Source: Candidatus Undinarchaeales archaeon
Lineage (GTDB): Archaea > SpSt-1190 > JASMDC01
Length of the DNA stretch: 27,615 bases
Direction of reading: 5' to 3'
Assembly: GCA_030753015.1 (NCBI GenBank)
Contig: JASMDC010000040.1
Span: 3,239-30,853 of the forward strand
This document shows, one piece after another, positions 8,184-18,066 of this stretch. A program made the position numbers and the translations under genes. The notes below the pieces were generated by a model. That model was given only the letters and a program-made list of their open reading frames with translations. It was not told the DNA's origin and made no database searches. How positions within the stretch are numbered: the first letter of the stretch is position 1; each line of letters starts with the position of its first letter.

Positions 8184-10435
8184 CGTTTTTTCGGCTTGAG
8201 GAACTGGACTACGTCACCCGCACTGATCTTCTTTGTTTTTGCGCCCATCTCCTCCACTGGCATACTGAACCAGAAGAGGACGTTGTTGAGGAGCGAGAGA
8301 TGATAGCCCTGTAGGCTGGAGTCGTTGAACAGGTCCGAGTCGCCGCACAGGATGACCTTGCCCTTCCCATGCTCGAGCCCGGCCATGAACACGATGTAGC
8401 CCCTCTTCTCGAACTCATCGGGCGTGAGATTGAAGTTCTGGTCCGCAAACGACGCCTTGCTCCCCCACACGAGGGGTTGGACCTTCCGGTTCTCTATGGT
8501 GATGGAGCACGCTGCGTTGATGCGCACACCGATGAGCCCTCTGGTGATGGGGTGGTTGGCCAGACCCTCGAGGATCGGCGTGTAGCTCACGCTCCCGCCC
8601 TTGTCGTAGTCGCAGATGAGGTCGGGATTGAAGTACGCGCCCAGGTCGCCGACCACCTGGTTAAGGTACTCGTTGTTCTTCTGGTCACCACCCCACTCGG
8701 CCACCACGAAGAGCCTCAGCCCCTTCTGCTTCACGTACCCGAGGATGAGCGCGATCTCCTCACGGGAGAACGGCTTGCGCGGCACCCCGATGACGAGGAT
8801 GTCACCCTCCTTTGGCTGGAGGAAGAAGGACTTGAGGAACACCACCGTACCGAACCGCCTGAACACGTCGAACATCTTGCTGAACTCGGTCACGTTCTCG
8901 GCCACGAAGTTGCCATGCGTGCTGTCTACATAGATGGTAGGTCGGTTGAAGTGAGGAGCATTGGCATGCTGCCGCAGGACGATGATGATGAGGATCGCCA
9001 GTATCGCGGCCCCGGCGAACACGATGGTCGACAGGTAGCGGAAGGACCCCAGGGCCGTGTTTGCAGCTATGGCCGAGTCCTCGGGCGATATGACAGCGGT
9101 GCAGTTCACCTGTTCGGGGAGGGCCTCCACAAGCAGCCGTGTCTTGTTTGTCGACGACTCCAGCGCGTCAAGGCGTGATGTGACGCCGGACAGGTCGACC
9201 TCGGCCACGACCCCCTTATCCGTCGGTCGCGGGAGCGAGCGCGCTATCGTGTTCCGGTCCTGGTACTGTGATACCACGCTTGGGCGGCGGGGGAATCCGA
9301 ACGCGTACACCGTAGCGTCCATGGAGGTGAACACCAGGTCCATAGTCTCGTCCCCCAGCAGGTCGGCGATCACCGGCGAACCCCGGGTCGGATAGTTCAT
9401 GCGGAAGGACCAGATCTCGGCACCGGCCGCGTCGATGACCCGTGTGGTATTCTCACCGGTTCCGTAGGCTATGTCCGGTCGCCCGTCCCCGTCGAGGTCG
9501 CCCACCGCAGGCCGGCCCGTGACGGCGTGGGAGCCCGTGTTCCACTTCAGGCCGCCCTTGGCGTCGATGATGTAGAGCCCGCCCTCAGCCGAACCCACCA
9601 GGACCTCGAGCGAACGGTCGCCGTCCAGATCGGTGAGCAACGGGGCAGTGGTAACGGCTCCCTGGGTACGGAAGGTCCAGCGCGTGGTCCCGTCGCTGGC
9701 GATGGCCGTGACAACTCCCTCGTCGGAGCCGACGAGCACCTCGAGCGAGCCGTCGCCGTCCAGGTCGGCGGCCACCGGTGCGGTGCGGAGACGGCCCTCC
9801 CCGGTGACGGTCCATTTGACCTCCTGGGTGAAGCCGTCGATCACGGTGAGGGTACCGTCGTCGGCGCCCAGTACCACCTCGTTCTCACCGTCGTCGTCCA
9901 TGTCGACGATGAGCGGTGGTGCGAGCACGTCCCCGCCCAGCTCGTGCTTCCACAGGAGGATACCGCGGGCAGCTAGGGCGTAGGCGTGGTTGTCCTCGGA
10001 GCCTATCACGATGTCCGGCACACCATCGCCGTCGACGTCGCCCACGGCAACGGCCGCCGAGATGGGGCCTCCGGTGTCGAAGTGCCAGCGGTGGGCGCCC
10101 GTATGGTCGAGCACGTACACGGCCCCGTCTGTCGAGCCCACGATGACCTCGAGGTTCCCGTCACCGTCCAGGTCGGCGGTCACGGGCGATGCAGTGACGG
10201 GGCCACCGGTCTTGTACTTCCACTCGAAGCCACCGTCACCCAGGATGCAGTAGACGTTGGTGTCGTAGCTGCCGACCACGACCTCCAGGGTACCGTCGCT
10301 CTCGAGGTCGGCCACCGCGGGAGAGGTCGCGAAACCCACCTCGCCGGAGTACGTCCAGAGCACGCCGGGCTAGCCCAGGGAAAGTACTAACAGGAGGACG
10401 AGGACCATCGCCGGGATGTCACGCCATCTACCCAT
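8180..10435 (-). CDS. Single-pass membrane protein: signal peptide, 8 FG-GAP/PQQ-like propeller repeats, TM helix, C-terminal GIFT/DUF4350-like domain; in-frame TAG at codon 22
   Basis: Eight D-x-D-G-D-like repeats spaced about 45 aa; TM TIVFAGAAILAILIIIVL; DSTHG, PFSREEI, HPIT, GKGKVILCGDSDLF. The same frame from ATG 10435 reads MGRWRDIPAMVLVLLLVLSLG*PGVLWTY. Confidence 0.75.
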
Positions 10436-10493
10436 GGCTCCCCGAGGATTTGTTGTGTCACATATTTAAAGCATCGCCAGGAAATCATCCACG

Positions 10494-10775
10494 ATGAAGT
10501 TCAACCTCTCCATCGTGTACAGCGTCATCATCGCGGCCATCGTCGGTATGACCCTGATAGTCTGCACCGGCTTCATGGAAATCGGCGAGGGTGACCAGCT
10601 CGAGGTCATGATGCAGGTCCTGGTGAGCGCGCTGATCATCGTGTACGTGTTCTTCCTGGCCATCCTGTCGGCCGTGTCCCTGGGATTCGCCTCGCTGTTC
10701 TTCAAGCTGGACGAGTTCGAGCACTACATGCTTAGGGGCCTAGATGTCGTCGAGGCACGGATCAAGAGTGACTAG
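10494..10775 (+). CDS. Small membrane protein (2 TM, 93 aa)
   Basis: Two long hydrophobic stretches; host codon usage; TATTTAAA about 25 nt upstream. Confidence 0.75.
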   Translation: MKFNLSIVYSVIIAAIVGMTLIVCTGFMEIGEGDQLEVMMQVLVSALIIVYVFFLAILSAVSLGFASLFFKLDEFEHYMLRGLDVVEARIKSD

Positions 10776-10795
10776 GTTCGCAGCCACTGCGCCAG

Positions 10796-10813
10796 CGGAA
10801 AGGTTAAAAAAAA
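10796..10813 (+). promoter_or_regulatory. BRE/TATA promoter of the tRNA gene
   Basis: CGGAAAGG-TTAAAAA about 40 nt upstream of the mature tRNA. Confidence 0.6.
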
Positions 10814-10847
10814 GACCTCTCTTTCAGAGATCCATCACGGTTCGTGC

Positions 10848-10920
10848 AGCCCCGTAGTGTAGCGGTCAATCATCGTGGACTCTGGATCCATGGACCCTGG
10901 TTCGAATCCGGGCGGGGCTA
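10848..10920 (+). tRNA. tRNA-Gln (anticodon CTG), intronless, CCA not encoded
   Basis: AGCCCCG/CGGGGCT acceptor stem with the archaeal A1-U72 pair; anticodon arm GTGGA-CTCTGGA-TCCAT; T arm GGTTCGAATCC. Confidence 0.95.
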
Positions 10921-11535
10921 CTTCCCATCGCTCCTAGTGTCAGTACCCTCGCTCCGGTCCAGCTCGTTATGCACGAGCACCATGGCGTGAGAGGCGAACA
11001 CCGAGCGCGGCCCCACGGAGACGTACAGCGGATCGCGGCGCTCCAGCCCGGTCAGCCAGTCCGCCTCCGGGTCCAAGTAATCGCCCAGCACGAACACCGC
11101 GTCTTCGGGCACCTTCGTGCCGCGCAGGTCGGGCGCACCCTCGCGCATGAGGCACACCCGCCCACCCAGCTCGTCCAGGAGCACAGCGAGCCCCCCGCGC
11201 CGGACGAAGATCCCGGGTGTCGATTCCACCCAGTCGCCCTCGGGCACCGTTGCCACGGCACGCAGCGCTTTCTGCATGAAGATGCCCAGCACCCGTTCGT
11301 TGGGATGGACCTTGCGCAGGAGCGCGCCGTCCAGCTTAACGGTCACCGGTGGGCGCGGGGGCCCGTGGAGCACGGCGAACAGGGTGGTGTCTGTACGGAT
11401 GCCGTGGGAGAGGAAGAGGGCCGCCTGTACGGCACGACACACAACGTCCATGCGCTTGGCCGAGCCGGCCAGGTCCTTGAGGGTGAATTCGGGGGTCGTC
11501 ACCGCGTGGGAGAGAAGCACGAACCGGCGCGTCAT
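10918..11535 (-). CDS. trmY: tRNA (pseudouridine54-N1)-methyltransferase, SPOUT family
   Basis: MTRRFV, FTLKDLAG..KRMDVVCR...ALFLSHGIR, PNER, ESTPGI, FVLGD, SVGP, HNELDR. Confidence 0.9.
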   Translation of the reverse strand: MTRRFVLLSHAVTTPEFTLKDLAGSAKRMDVVCRAVQAALFLSHGIRTDTTLFAVLHGPPRPPVTVKLDGALLRKVHPNERVLGIFMQKALRAVATVPEGDWVESTPGIFVRRGGLAVLLDELGGRVCLMREGAPDLRGTKVPEDAVFVLGDYLDPEADWLTGLERRDPLYVSVGPRSVFASHAMVLVHNELDRSEGTDTRSDGK

Positions 11536-13322
11536 TCGAACCCGAGCCTCCTGAGCTTATCGTCCACTGCCGCGGGTTCGACACCACGGCCGATGAGGTC
11601 GGCGCGGAATCGCTTCACAGCCGTGCCGAAGGACATCTCGATGTCCATCTGGTCGTACCCTGACCGGGCCAGGGCATGCCCGAGCTCGTTCTGGGTGTAC
11701 CCCTTGTGGAGGAGATGGACTACGTAGTCCTCGGTGGTCTGCTCCAGCACCCGGTCGACGACCGGTACGGGGAATCCACGGCCGATGAGGTCTGTGCGAA
11801 CGTCATTTCGGGTATCGCCCCGTGACGAACGGCCCTCCTCGTACTCGTTGAGAGAGAAGGCCAAGGCATCGCGCACAACATCGGGCGAGTACCCGGTGCC
11901 CTTCAGCGATGCCATGATGATGTCGTGGTCGTAGCCGTCCTCCAGCCGACGGCAGATGTACTCGACAGCCTTGGCGAACTCCTCACGCCGCTCTTCAGGA
12001 TCGCGGTGGAGGACCTTCGCCTCGTCAACGTCCGGGACCGGGGGGCCCGCACCTCCTTTCGGTGTCGGCGGGCGGGCCTTCTTCGGCTCGGGCCTCTCAC
12101 GCGCTTCCTTTGCTCGCTGCTTAGGGCGATGTCGCTGTCGCTCCTCCTCGTACTCCTCGTCGTCGCCCTCGTCGTCGTCCATCCCCGAACCACGGCTCTG
12201 CAGCCACAGTACGATGGCGCCCAGGAGCATCACCACGCCGAATCCGATGAGGACGGCGCCGACCGGCTCCACCGTGGGAAGGACGGACGGCGGCGGAGTG
12301 GGCGTGGCAGGCGCTCTTGTGGGTTCGGGGGTCACCTGGACCAGCCCGAGGCCCTCGGCGCGGAATCCCAGGAACGACGGGTAGGGAGCGGGCATGAGCA
12401 CGGCGGCCTCGGCCAGCGCTCCCCAGGCCTGGGCCACGGTGTCGTTGCAGTCTCCATCATCACACTCGGTCACATCGTTAAGGCGGTCCAGGGCACGCTC
12501 CCGTACCTCCGGCCGGTCCAGCACGTGGCCCGCGTGGGCCAGTCCCATGATCAGCACGAACCTGTCCGCAGGCGCGCACACTTCCTCGCAGGCGCCCTCG
12601 GCGATAGCAGTGAGGTTGGCCAGGGAAGCGGTGAGCGCCGGGTCCTGTGTCGAGCCCGCCGCCGATGCAAGGGTCATGAGCCATAGCCCCGCGTCCCGTG
12701 GCGCGGTACATGCTGACCAGGGGGGTGCACACTCGCTCGTCCCTGCCCGGGCCAGATCGACGGCAAGGTTCGTGGGCTCACCTGTGGTCTCCGACCGGCG
12801 CAGCGCGGCGAGCACGGCCCACGCACCGTCCTCGGCGGACGTAGGCTCGTACCCTTCCCACTCGTCGGCGCACAGTGTGGCGTGGCGTACCTCCATGCTC
12901 GTCTGGTGGAGAGCGCGCAGGGCAAGCATGCGCAGTGGAAGTCCGGAGGAGGGACAGGTGAGGTTCCGGCTCTCCAGGGCGTAGAGCAGCGCCTTTGCGG
13001 CGGTGAGATGCTCAGTACGGCCGGTAGCCTCGTGGAGACGCGAGTAGGAGAGGAGGAGGATGGACGCGTCCTGCGGCCGTGCGATGCACCCGGGCGGGAG
13101 CTGGGGGCCGCACACGATGTCCCCCTCGAGATGGACCTCCGCGGAAGCAATGGAATCGGCGAGCTCGATCCTCCCCGCCTCCAGCGCGGCCAGCACCGAC
13201 AGCGCCTGTGACTCGACACCGCCGGTGTCGGATCCGCCAGGGGGGAGCGCGTCGGCGTAGGGTCCTGCAGCCGCCAATGCCAGGACGATGACGATGACGG
13301 GAAGAGAGGCGCGGCTGTCCAT
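11532..13322 (-). CDS. Single-pass membrane protein: Cys-rich helical ectodomain, PT linker, TM, cytoplasmic L-x3-G[YF]-x4-[IV] repeats
   Basis: Signal peptide, paired Cys motifs, TM GAVLIGFGVVMLLGAIVLW, acidic/basic linker, repeated GY/GF helical hairpins. Confidence 0.75.
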   Translation of the reverse strand: MDSRASLPVIVIVLALAAAGPYADALPPGGSDTGGVESQALSVLAALEAGRIELADSIASAEVHLEGDIVCGPQLPPGCIARPQDASILLLSYSRLHEATGRTEHLTAAKALLYALESRNLTCPSSGLPLRMLALRALHQTSMEVRHATLCADEWEGYEPTSAEDGAWAVLAALRRSETTGEPTNLAVDLARAGTSECAPPWSACTAPRDAGLWLMTLASAAGSTQDPALTASLANLTAIAEGACEEVCAPADRFVLIMGLAHAGHVLDRPEVRERALDRLNDVTECDDGDCNDTVAQAWGALAEAAVLMPAPYPSFLGFRAEGLGLVQVTPEPTRAPATPTPPPSVLPTVEPVGAVLIGFGVVMLLGAIVLWLQSRGSGMDDDEGDDEEYEEERQRHRPKQRAKEARERPEPKKARPPTPKGGAGPPVPDVDEAKVLHRDPEERREEFAKAVEYICRRLEDGYDHDIIMASLKGTGYSPDVVRDALAFSLNEYEEGRSSRGDTRNDVRTDLIGRGFPVPVVDRVLEQTTEDYVVHLLHKGYTQNELGHALARSGYDQMDIEMSFGTAVKRFRADLIGRGVEPAAVDDKLRRLGFE

Positions 13323-13325
13323 GGT

Positions 13326-14897
13326 TCACCGCAGGGGCCCGATGGCGCCCTCCACGGCCTCAACGAGCCGGCCCGACACCACCAGTGCCTTGACCGTCCG
13401 CACGTCCTGTATGAGGAGGCGGTCGTGGTCCAGATGTGGCACAAGCTCGCGGACCATGGCATGAGCGGAGAGGATTCCCTTCCCGGGTAGGAGCTCGGGT
13501 ACGTAGTAGTCCAGCGCCTGGGCGGCGCACAGCACCTCGGTGGCCAGGACATGGGTGACGTTCTCCACGACCTGGACGGCCTTGCGCGCGGCCGTGGTGC
13601 CCATGCTCACGTGGTCCTCCTGGGATGCGGACACGGGGATCGAGTCCACGCTGGCCGGATGGGAGAGGATCTTGTTCTCAGACACCAGCGACGCGGCGGT
13701 GTACTGGGCGATCATCAGACCGGAGTTGAGCCCACCCTTGTCGGTGAGGAACGGCGGCAGGTTGGAGATGTTGTGGTTGAGCAGGCGTTCGATACGGCGC
13801 TCGGAGATGTTCGCCAGCTCGGCGATGGCGATGCACAGGAAGTCCATGGCTATGGCCACGGGCTGGCCGTGGAAGTTGCCGCCCGAGATCGAGTCGCCCT
13901 CGTCTGTGAACACCAGGGGGTTGTCGGTGGCGGCGTTGAGCTCCGTGGTGACGATCTTCGACACGTGGTCGATGGCGTCCCGTGTGGCGCCGTGCACCTG
14001 GGGCATGCACCGCAGGGTGTAGGCGTCCTGGACCTTGGGGCAATCGCGGTGGGACGCGACGATAGCGCTGTCCACGGTGAGCCTGCGCATGTTCTCGGCC
14101 ACCGCCAGCTGGCCCGTATGGGGCCGCGCCATATGGATCCGCTCGTCGAAGTGCCGGTCCGTGCCCTTGAGCCCCTCCAGGCTCATGATCCCGGCGACGT
14201 CGGCCACCTTGAGGAGACGCCGTGAGTCGTACAGGCCCAGCGCTGCCATGGCGGTCATGACCTGGGTACCGTTGATGAGCGCAAGCCCCTCCTTGGCCTC
14301 GAGGGTGAGCGTCTTGATACCCGCCCGCTCCATTGCCGTGCCGCCCAGGAGCCGCTCGCCCTTGACGAACGCCTCGCCCTCGCCCAGCATCACAAGCGTC
14401 ATGTGTGCCAGCGGCGCCAGGTCGCCCGACGCGCCCAGCGAGCCCTTCTCCGGGATAAGGGGGTGGACGCCCTTGTCGAGCATCTCCACAAGCGTCTCGA
14501 TGAGCACCGGGCGCACACCGCTCATCCCCTTTGCAAGCCCGTTGGCCCGCAGGAGCAGTATGGCCCGTACCGTTTCCCGGTGGTGCGGGTGCCCCGTGGC
14601 CGCGGCGTGACTGAGGATGATGTTCTGCTGGAGGAGTGAGACCTCCTCAGGGGAGATTACGACCTTGCATAGGTCGCCGAACCCGGTGTTGATCCCGTAG
14701 GAGACCTTGCCTTCCTTGATGATGGCCTCCACTACCTTCCGGTTCTTGCGTACCTTGTCGAGGACCTTCTTCGAGACGGTGACCTTCGCCATGTAGCGGG
14801 CCACGGCGACGACCTCGGGTATGGAGAGGGTGTCGCCGTCGATAGCGACTGTCTTGATGTCCTCGGCGCGCACGTCCGCCGTTCTATCCCCCGGCAT
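13326..14897 (-). CDS. hutH: Histidine ammonia-lyase
   Basis: YGINTGFG, GSLGASGDLAPLAH (MIO-forming ASG), KEGLALINGTQ, VQDAYTLRC.PQVHG, SGGNFHG, QEDHVSMG. Start at ATG 14897 inferred from a TTTATAT box near 14923-14929. Confidence 0.95.
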   Translation of the reverse strand: MPGDRTADVRAEDIKTVAIDGDTLSIPEVVAVARYMAKVTVSKKVLDKVRKNRKVVEAIIKEGKVSYGINTGFGDLCKVVISPEEVSLLQQNIILSHAAATGHPHHRETVRAILLLRANGLAKGMSGVRPVLIETLVEMLDKGVHPLIPEKGSLGASGDLAPLAHMTLVMLGEGEAFVKGERLLGGTAMERAGIKTLTLEAKEGLALINGTQVMTAMAALGLYDSRRLLKVADVAGIMSLEGLKGTDRHFDERIHMARPHTGQLAVAENMRRLTVDSAIVASHRDCPKVQDAYTLRCMPQVHGATRDAIDHVSKIVTTELNAATDNPLVFTDEGDSISGGNFHGQPVAIAMDFLCIAIAELANISERRIERLLNHNISNLPPFLTDKGGLNSGLMIAQYTAASLVSENKILSHPASVDSIPVSASQEDHVSMGTTAARKAVQVVENVTHVLATEVLCAAQALDYYVPELLPGKGILSAHAMVRELVPHLDHDRLLIQDVRTVKALVVSGRLVEAVEGAIGPLR

Positions 14898-14955
14898 CCG
14901 GCCCCGCTCAGCGAGCGAACGCATATAAATCTAGTGCCGCGGCCGTGCCGGACCC

Positions 14956-16926
14956 CTACTCTAGCTCGGAGACGATGTCGTCCAGGTCGAGATCTGCCCC
15001 GCTTGCGGGAGAGGTTGCCGGCACATGTGCAGCGACCTCGTCAAGTCCGGCGTCGATGTCCAGGGCCGGGGCCGCGACCACTGCCGCCGACGCCGCACGA
15101 GGGGCGGCTGCCTGAGCGGCCTCCTCGACCTGCGCTGGTGCAGTACTGCCCCGCGACGGAACGAGCGAGCGTACCTTGTCCCTGGCGCGCTGGACATCGG
15201 CTGCGACCACGGCCTTGGGATCCTCTGCCCCGCGAAGTCGGGTGGCCCAGTAGCCGGCCCCTGCGAGCACCACCGAGCCCAGCACGACGACGAGCACCAG
15301 GGGGACACTCCCGGCCGCCTCATCGGGGAGATCGTCCAGCCCATCATCCGTGACGTTGGCTGTGACGTTGGCCGTGTCGTTGACCGGTGCCGGTGTGGGT
15401 GTGGGCGTGTTGAAGTGGACGATGATCCCCGGATCGGGCGTGGCGTTGGCCGGGGGCGATGTATCGTTGGTATCGGTGACGTTGGTCCCTCCGGGCATCG
15501 CGGTCGCGTTGGGAAGAGGTGATGCCGCTGTGTCGTTCGTAGCTACCGTGACGTTCGGCACGGCCGTGGGCACCGGCGTGGGCTCGGGTGTCGGCTCCGG
15601 TGTGGGCTGCTCGGGCGCAAGGAGGCACGTGCCGTTGAAATAGTAGAACCCTCGTCCGCAACCGCAGTCGGAGTAGCAGCTCGTCTTGTTCTCGCCCGGA
15701 TCGCAGTTGCCGTCGCCGCAGGTGACGACGTAGCACCCTATATCTCGGGACTGGGTCCGCACCGGGATGCAGGTTTCTCCGGGGAGGCATCCGCATTCGC
15801 TAGGCACGGTGTGGCAGTTCTCACCCACCTCGGTGTCGCACCGCCGGTTCCCGAGGCAGTCCTTGAGCTGGCAGTCGCCCGGGCAGATCCCGCACTCGCC
15901 CTGGCCTAGCCCGCAAAATCCGTCGCCGCACATCAGCGAACCCCGGTAGCCGAACGGCGAGGGCGTCCGGACCGGCTTCTTCCACACGAGGAGCGACCGG
16001 TTGACCAAACCCGCGTACACGCGTCCGTCGTCCGCGAACAGCGACTGCACTCCTGCACCGTTGTCCAGCACGGCCACCTGGGCGAAGCTCTCGTCCTTCT
16101 CCCACACCCGCACCTTCCCGTCGTGGGACGAGGAGTAGAGGTACCGCTCGTCGGCGAACACCTGCGTGATGCGCCCGTCGTGGCCCGACAGGGTGGTGAC
16201 GGGCTGGTAGTTGACCTTCTTGTTGTACACACGGATATCCCGGGGATCGCCGTCGGAGCTCGGCACCGCGTAGAAGTAGTCATCGTCCGCGAACATGTAG
16301 ATAGGACAATCGGTCTGGTTGATGGTGTTCACGCGCTTGAACTCATCGACCGGGTCCATCACGTGGATCTCCGAGCTGTTGCCGTCACAGGCGTAGAGAT
16401 GGTCGCCGTCGGCGAAGATGTCGCCCACGGTCTCCATTTTGATCATCTCCGCCTGCACGAAACCCTTGGTCAGGTTGAACGCGTAGATGATATCGTCCCG
16501 CGCAGTGATAGCGTAGAGGTAGTGCTCGTCGACCGTGAGACCGATGACCTCCGACTGGAAGATCGCTGGCGCTGAGATCATGATCAGGTTGTACGCCTTG
16601 TCCCGGACCCTCACGGTCCTGTCGGGGGAACCCGTGTAGAGGTGCCGCTCGTCGGCGACCATGGCGATGACGTGGGAGGAGTGCTCGTACTTCCCCGTCA
16701 GATTACGGGCGAGCTGCGTCCCGTTGGTCTTGTCCAGGAGCTTGATCACGCCGCCGTTCTGCCCGAGGTACACGTAGGTGTCGTCGGCATGGATGACGTT
16801 GGTCCAGCCGACCTCGATGTCGAGGATGGGCCTTTCTGCCCACGTCGCGTCCCCTGCGCTCGCAAGGACGAGGGAGATGGCGAGCACGACTAGAACGCGG
16901 TCGCGGGTGCCCTGCTCGGTCATCAA
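14956..16926 (-). CDS. Surface protein: WD40-like propeller, Cys-rich CGDG.C repeats, Pro/Thr linker, TM anchor
   Basis: LSGHDG.I..V....YLYSSSHDGKVRVW, several CGDGxC/GENC...C modules, PTPEPTP, many N-x-T sequons, C-terminal TM. Confidence 0.8.
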   Translation of the reverse strand: MMTEQGTRDRVLVVLAISLVLASAGDATWAERPILDIEVGWTNVIHADDTYVYLGQNGGVIKLLDKTNGTQLARNLTGKYEHSSHVIAMVADERHLYTGSPDRTVRVRDKAYNLIMISAPAIFQSEVIGLTVDEHYLYAITARDDIIYAFNLTKGFVQAEMIKMETVGDIFADGDHLYACDGNSSEIHVMDPVDEFKRVNTINQTDCPIYMFADDDYFYAVPSSDGDPRDIRVYNKKVNYQPVTTLSGHDGRITQVFADERYLYSSSHDGKVRVWEKDESFAQVAVLDNGAGVQSLFADDGRVYAGLVNRSLLVWKKPVRTPSPFGYRGSLMCGDGFCGLGQGECGICPGDCQLKDCLGNRRCDTEVGENCHTVPSECGCLPGETCIPVRTQSRDIGCYVVTCGDGNCDPGENKTSCYSDCGCGRGFYYFNGTCLLAPEQPTPEPTPEPTPVPTAVPNVTVATNDTAASPLPNATAMPGGTNVTDTNDTSPPANATPDPGIIVHFNTPTPTPAPVNDTANVTANVTDDGLDDLPDEAAGSVPLVLVVVLGSVVLAGAGYWATRLRGAEDPKAVVAADVQRARDKVRSLVPSRGSTAPAQVEEAAQAAAPRAASAAVVAAPALDIDAGLDEVAAHVPATSPASGADLDLDDIVSELE

Positions 16927-16983
16927 CGGGTACCAACGGCCCCATGATTAAAAAAGATGCCGATGCCCGGGGCTACGCGGGGC

Positions 16984-17721
16984 TCACTTCTCGGGCCTGA
17001 GCGACTGGTAGAGCTCCTCGATGAGCGAGTCGATGCCCGCCCGTTTCTCGGCGCCGTCATCCTTGTCCACGGTGGTGGCGCGGTCCACGGGCTCGCCCTT
17101 GACGCCCCAGTCCCAGATGGTGGCCTCGGAGGCCGCTTCGTCCTCCTTGTACGAGACGAGCGGACTGGTGTCGCCGAGCTCGATCTTCTCTAGCTGGTAG
17201 TGGAACTCGTGGCTGCAGCAGTCGTCGAGGTCCCGGCCAGCCTCTGCCGTGGTGGTGGCGACCAGGCCGTACCCGCCGGTCGTGAGGAACAGTGTCTTGA
17301 TGTACCGGTCCTCGCCCGTATCGCACCCGGCGTTGGACCAGGTGGAGATCGCTGCGTACGGCACGTCCTCCTCCACGGGCTTGTACCCGGCCAGTTCATT
17401 CTCCAGCTCGCTGTCGGAGAAGCTGCCCTTGAGCGAGTACTCGGGGACCTGGAGCCGGTCGATCGAGCCGCCGGAGCCGCTGAAATTGCCCTTCCCGGTG
17501 GACCGGGTCATCATTCGACCAGTGAGGTCGTTGGCAGTGCCGATCGTGCCGTAGGGCTGGTCGGCCAGCGGAGCGTCCTGGGTCAGGGACGCGAGGAATG
17601 GCCGGAAACCGTAGAAGTTCATACCGTACTCACGGGAGCCCTCGAGGGCGTAGACGCTGTTCTGCTCGCCGTCCTTGACGACCAGGAGCGTCTCCGCGTC
17701 GTTGGTGAGGAGGTATGCCAT
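16984..17721 (-). CDS. Acidic hypothetical protein (245 aa)
   Basis: Host codon usage; CTTAAAT box and AGGTGA upstream; no family recognised. Confidence 0.7.
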   Translation of the reverse strand: MAYLLTNDAETLLVVKDGEQNSVYALEGSREYGMNFYGFRPFLASLTQDAPLADQPYGTIGTANDLTGRMMTRSTGKGNFSGSGGSIDRLQVPEYSLKGSFSDSELENELAGYKPVEEDVPYAAISTWSNAGCDTGEDRYIKTLFLTTGGYGLVATTTAEAGRDLDDCCSHEFHYQLEKIELGDTSPLVSYKEDEAASEATIWDWGVKGEPVDRATTVDKDDGAEKRAGIDSLIEELYQSLRPEK

Positions 17722-17877
17722 GGGGGCCGGTCACCTTTCGATAGCGAAGGAATCCCCGTCGCTATTTAAGGGTTGCCTTGGCGTCACTACTGGAGAATGA
17801 AAACCCCGGACGGGAGACCTTGCCCACGAGACTCCGATTAATATAATTTGCACGCATCGATGGGATCGGGTGCATCC

Positions 17878-18066
17878 ATGACGAACATCAGCTGGATCTT
17901 CGTGCTCATAGGGGGCTTCACCGTCGTGAGCGCCGCGCTCGACCTGCCGTTCTTCATGCAGCACCCCAAGGCGCGCCGCCTCTCCATGACGCTCGGGTAC
18001 TCGGGCGCACGTATTTTCTACATCCTCTTCGGCCTGCTCCTCATCATCGGCGGGCTCAACAATTAA
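17878..18066 (+). CDS. Small membrane protein, Imm17-like
   Basis: GGF...A.D.PFFM...KARRL...G..GARIFY..FG.LLI.GG pattern; TTAATATAA upstream. Confidence 0.6.
   Translation: MTNISWIFVLIGGFTVVSAALDLPFFMQHPKARRLSMTLGYSGARIFYILFGLLLIIGGLNN

Noticed and set aside
10370-10920. Genome-wide TAG recoding, or the tRNA acting as an amber suppressor
   Set aside because: The anticodon is CTG, not CTA, and TAG terminates many conserved genes here at their expected ends.
15340-15620. Short tandem repeats as CRISPR or VNTR
   Set aside because: They encode Pro/Thr/Asn linker repeats (PTPE, NVTA); there is no repeat-spacer structure.
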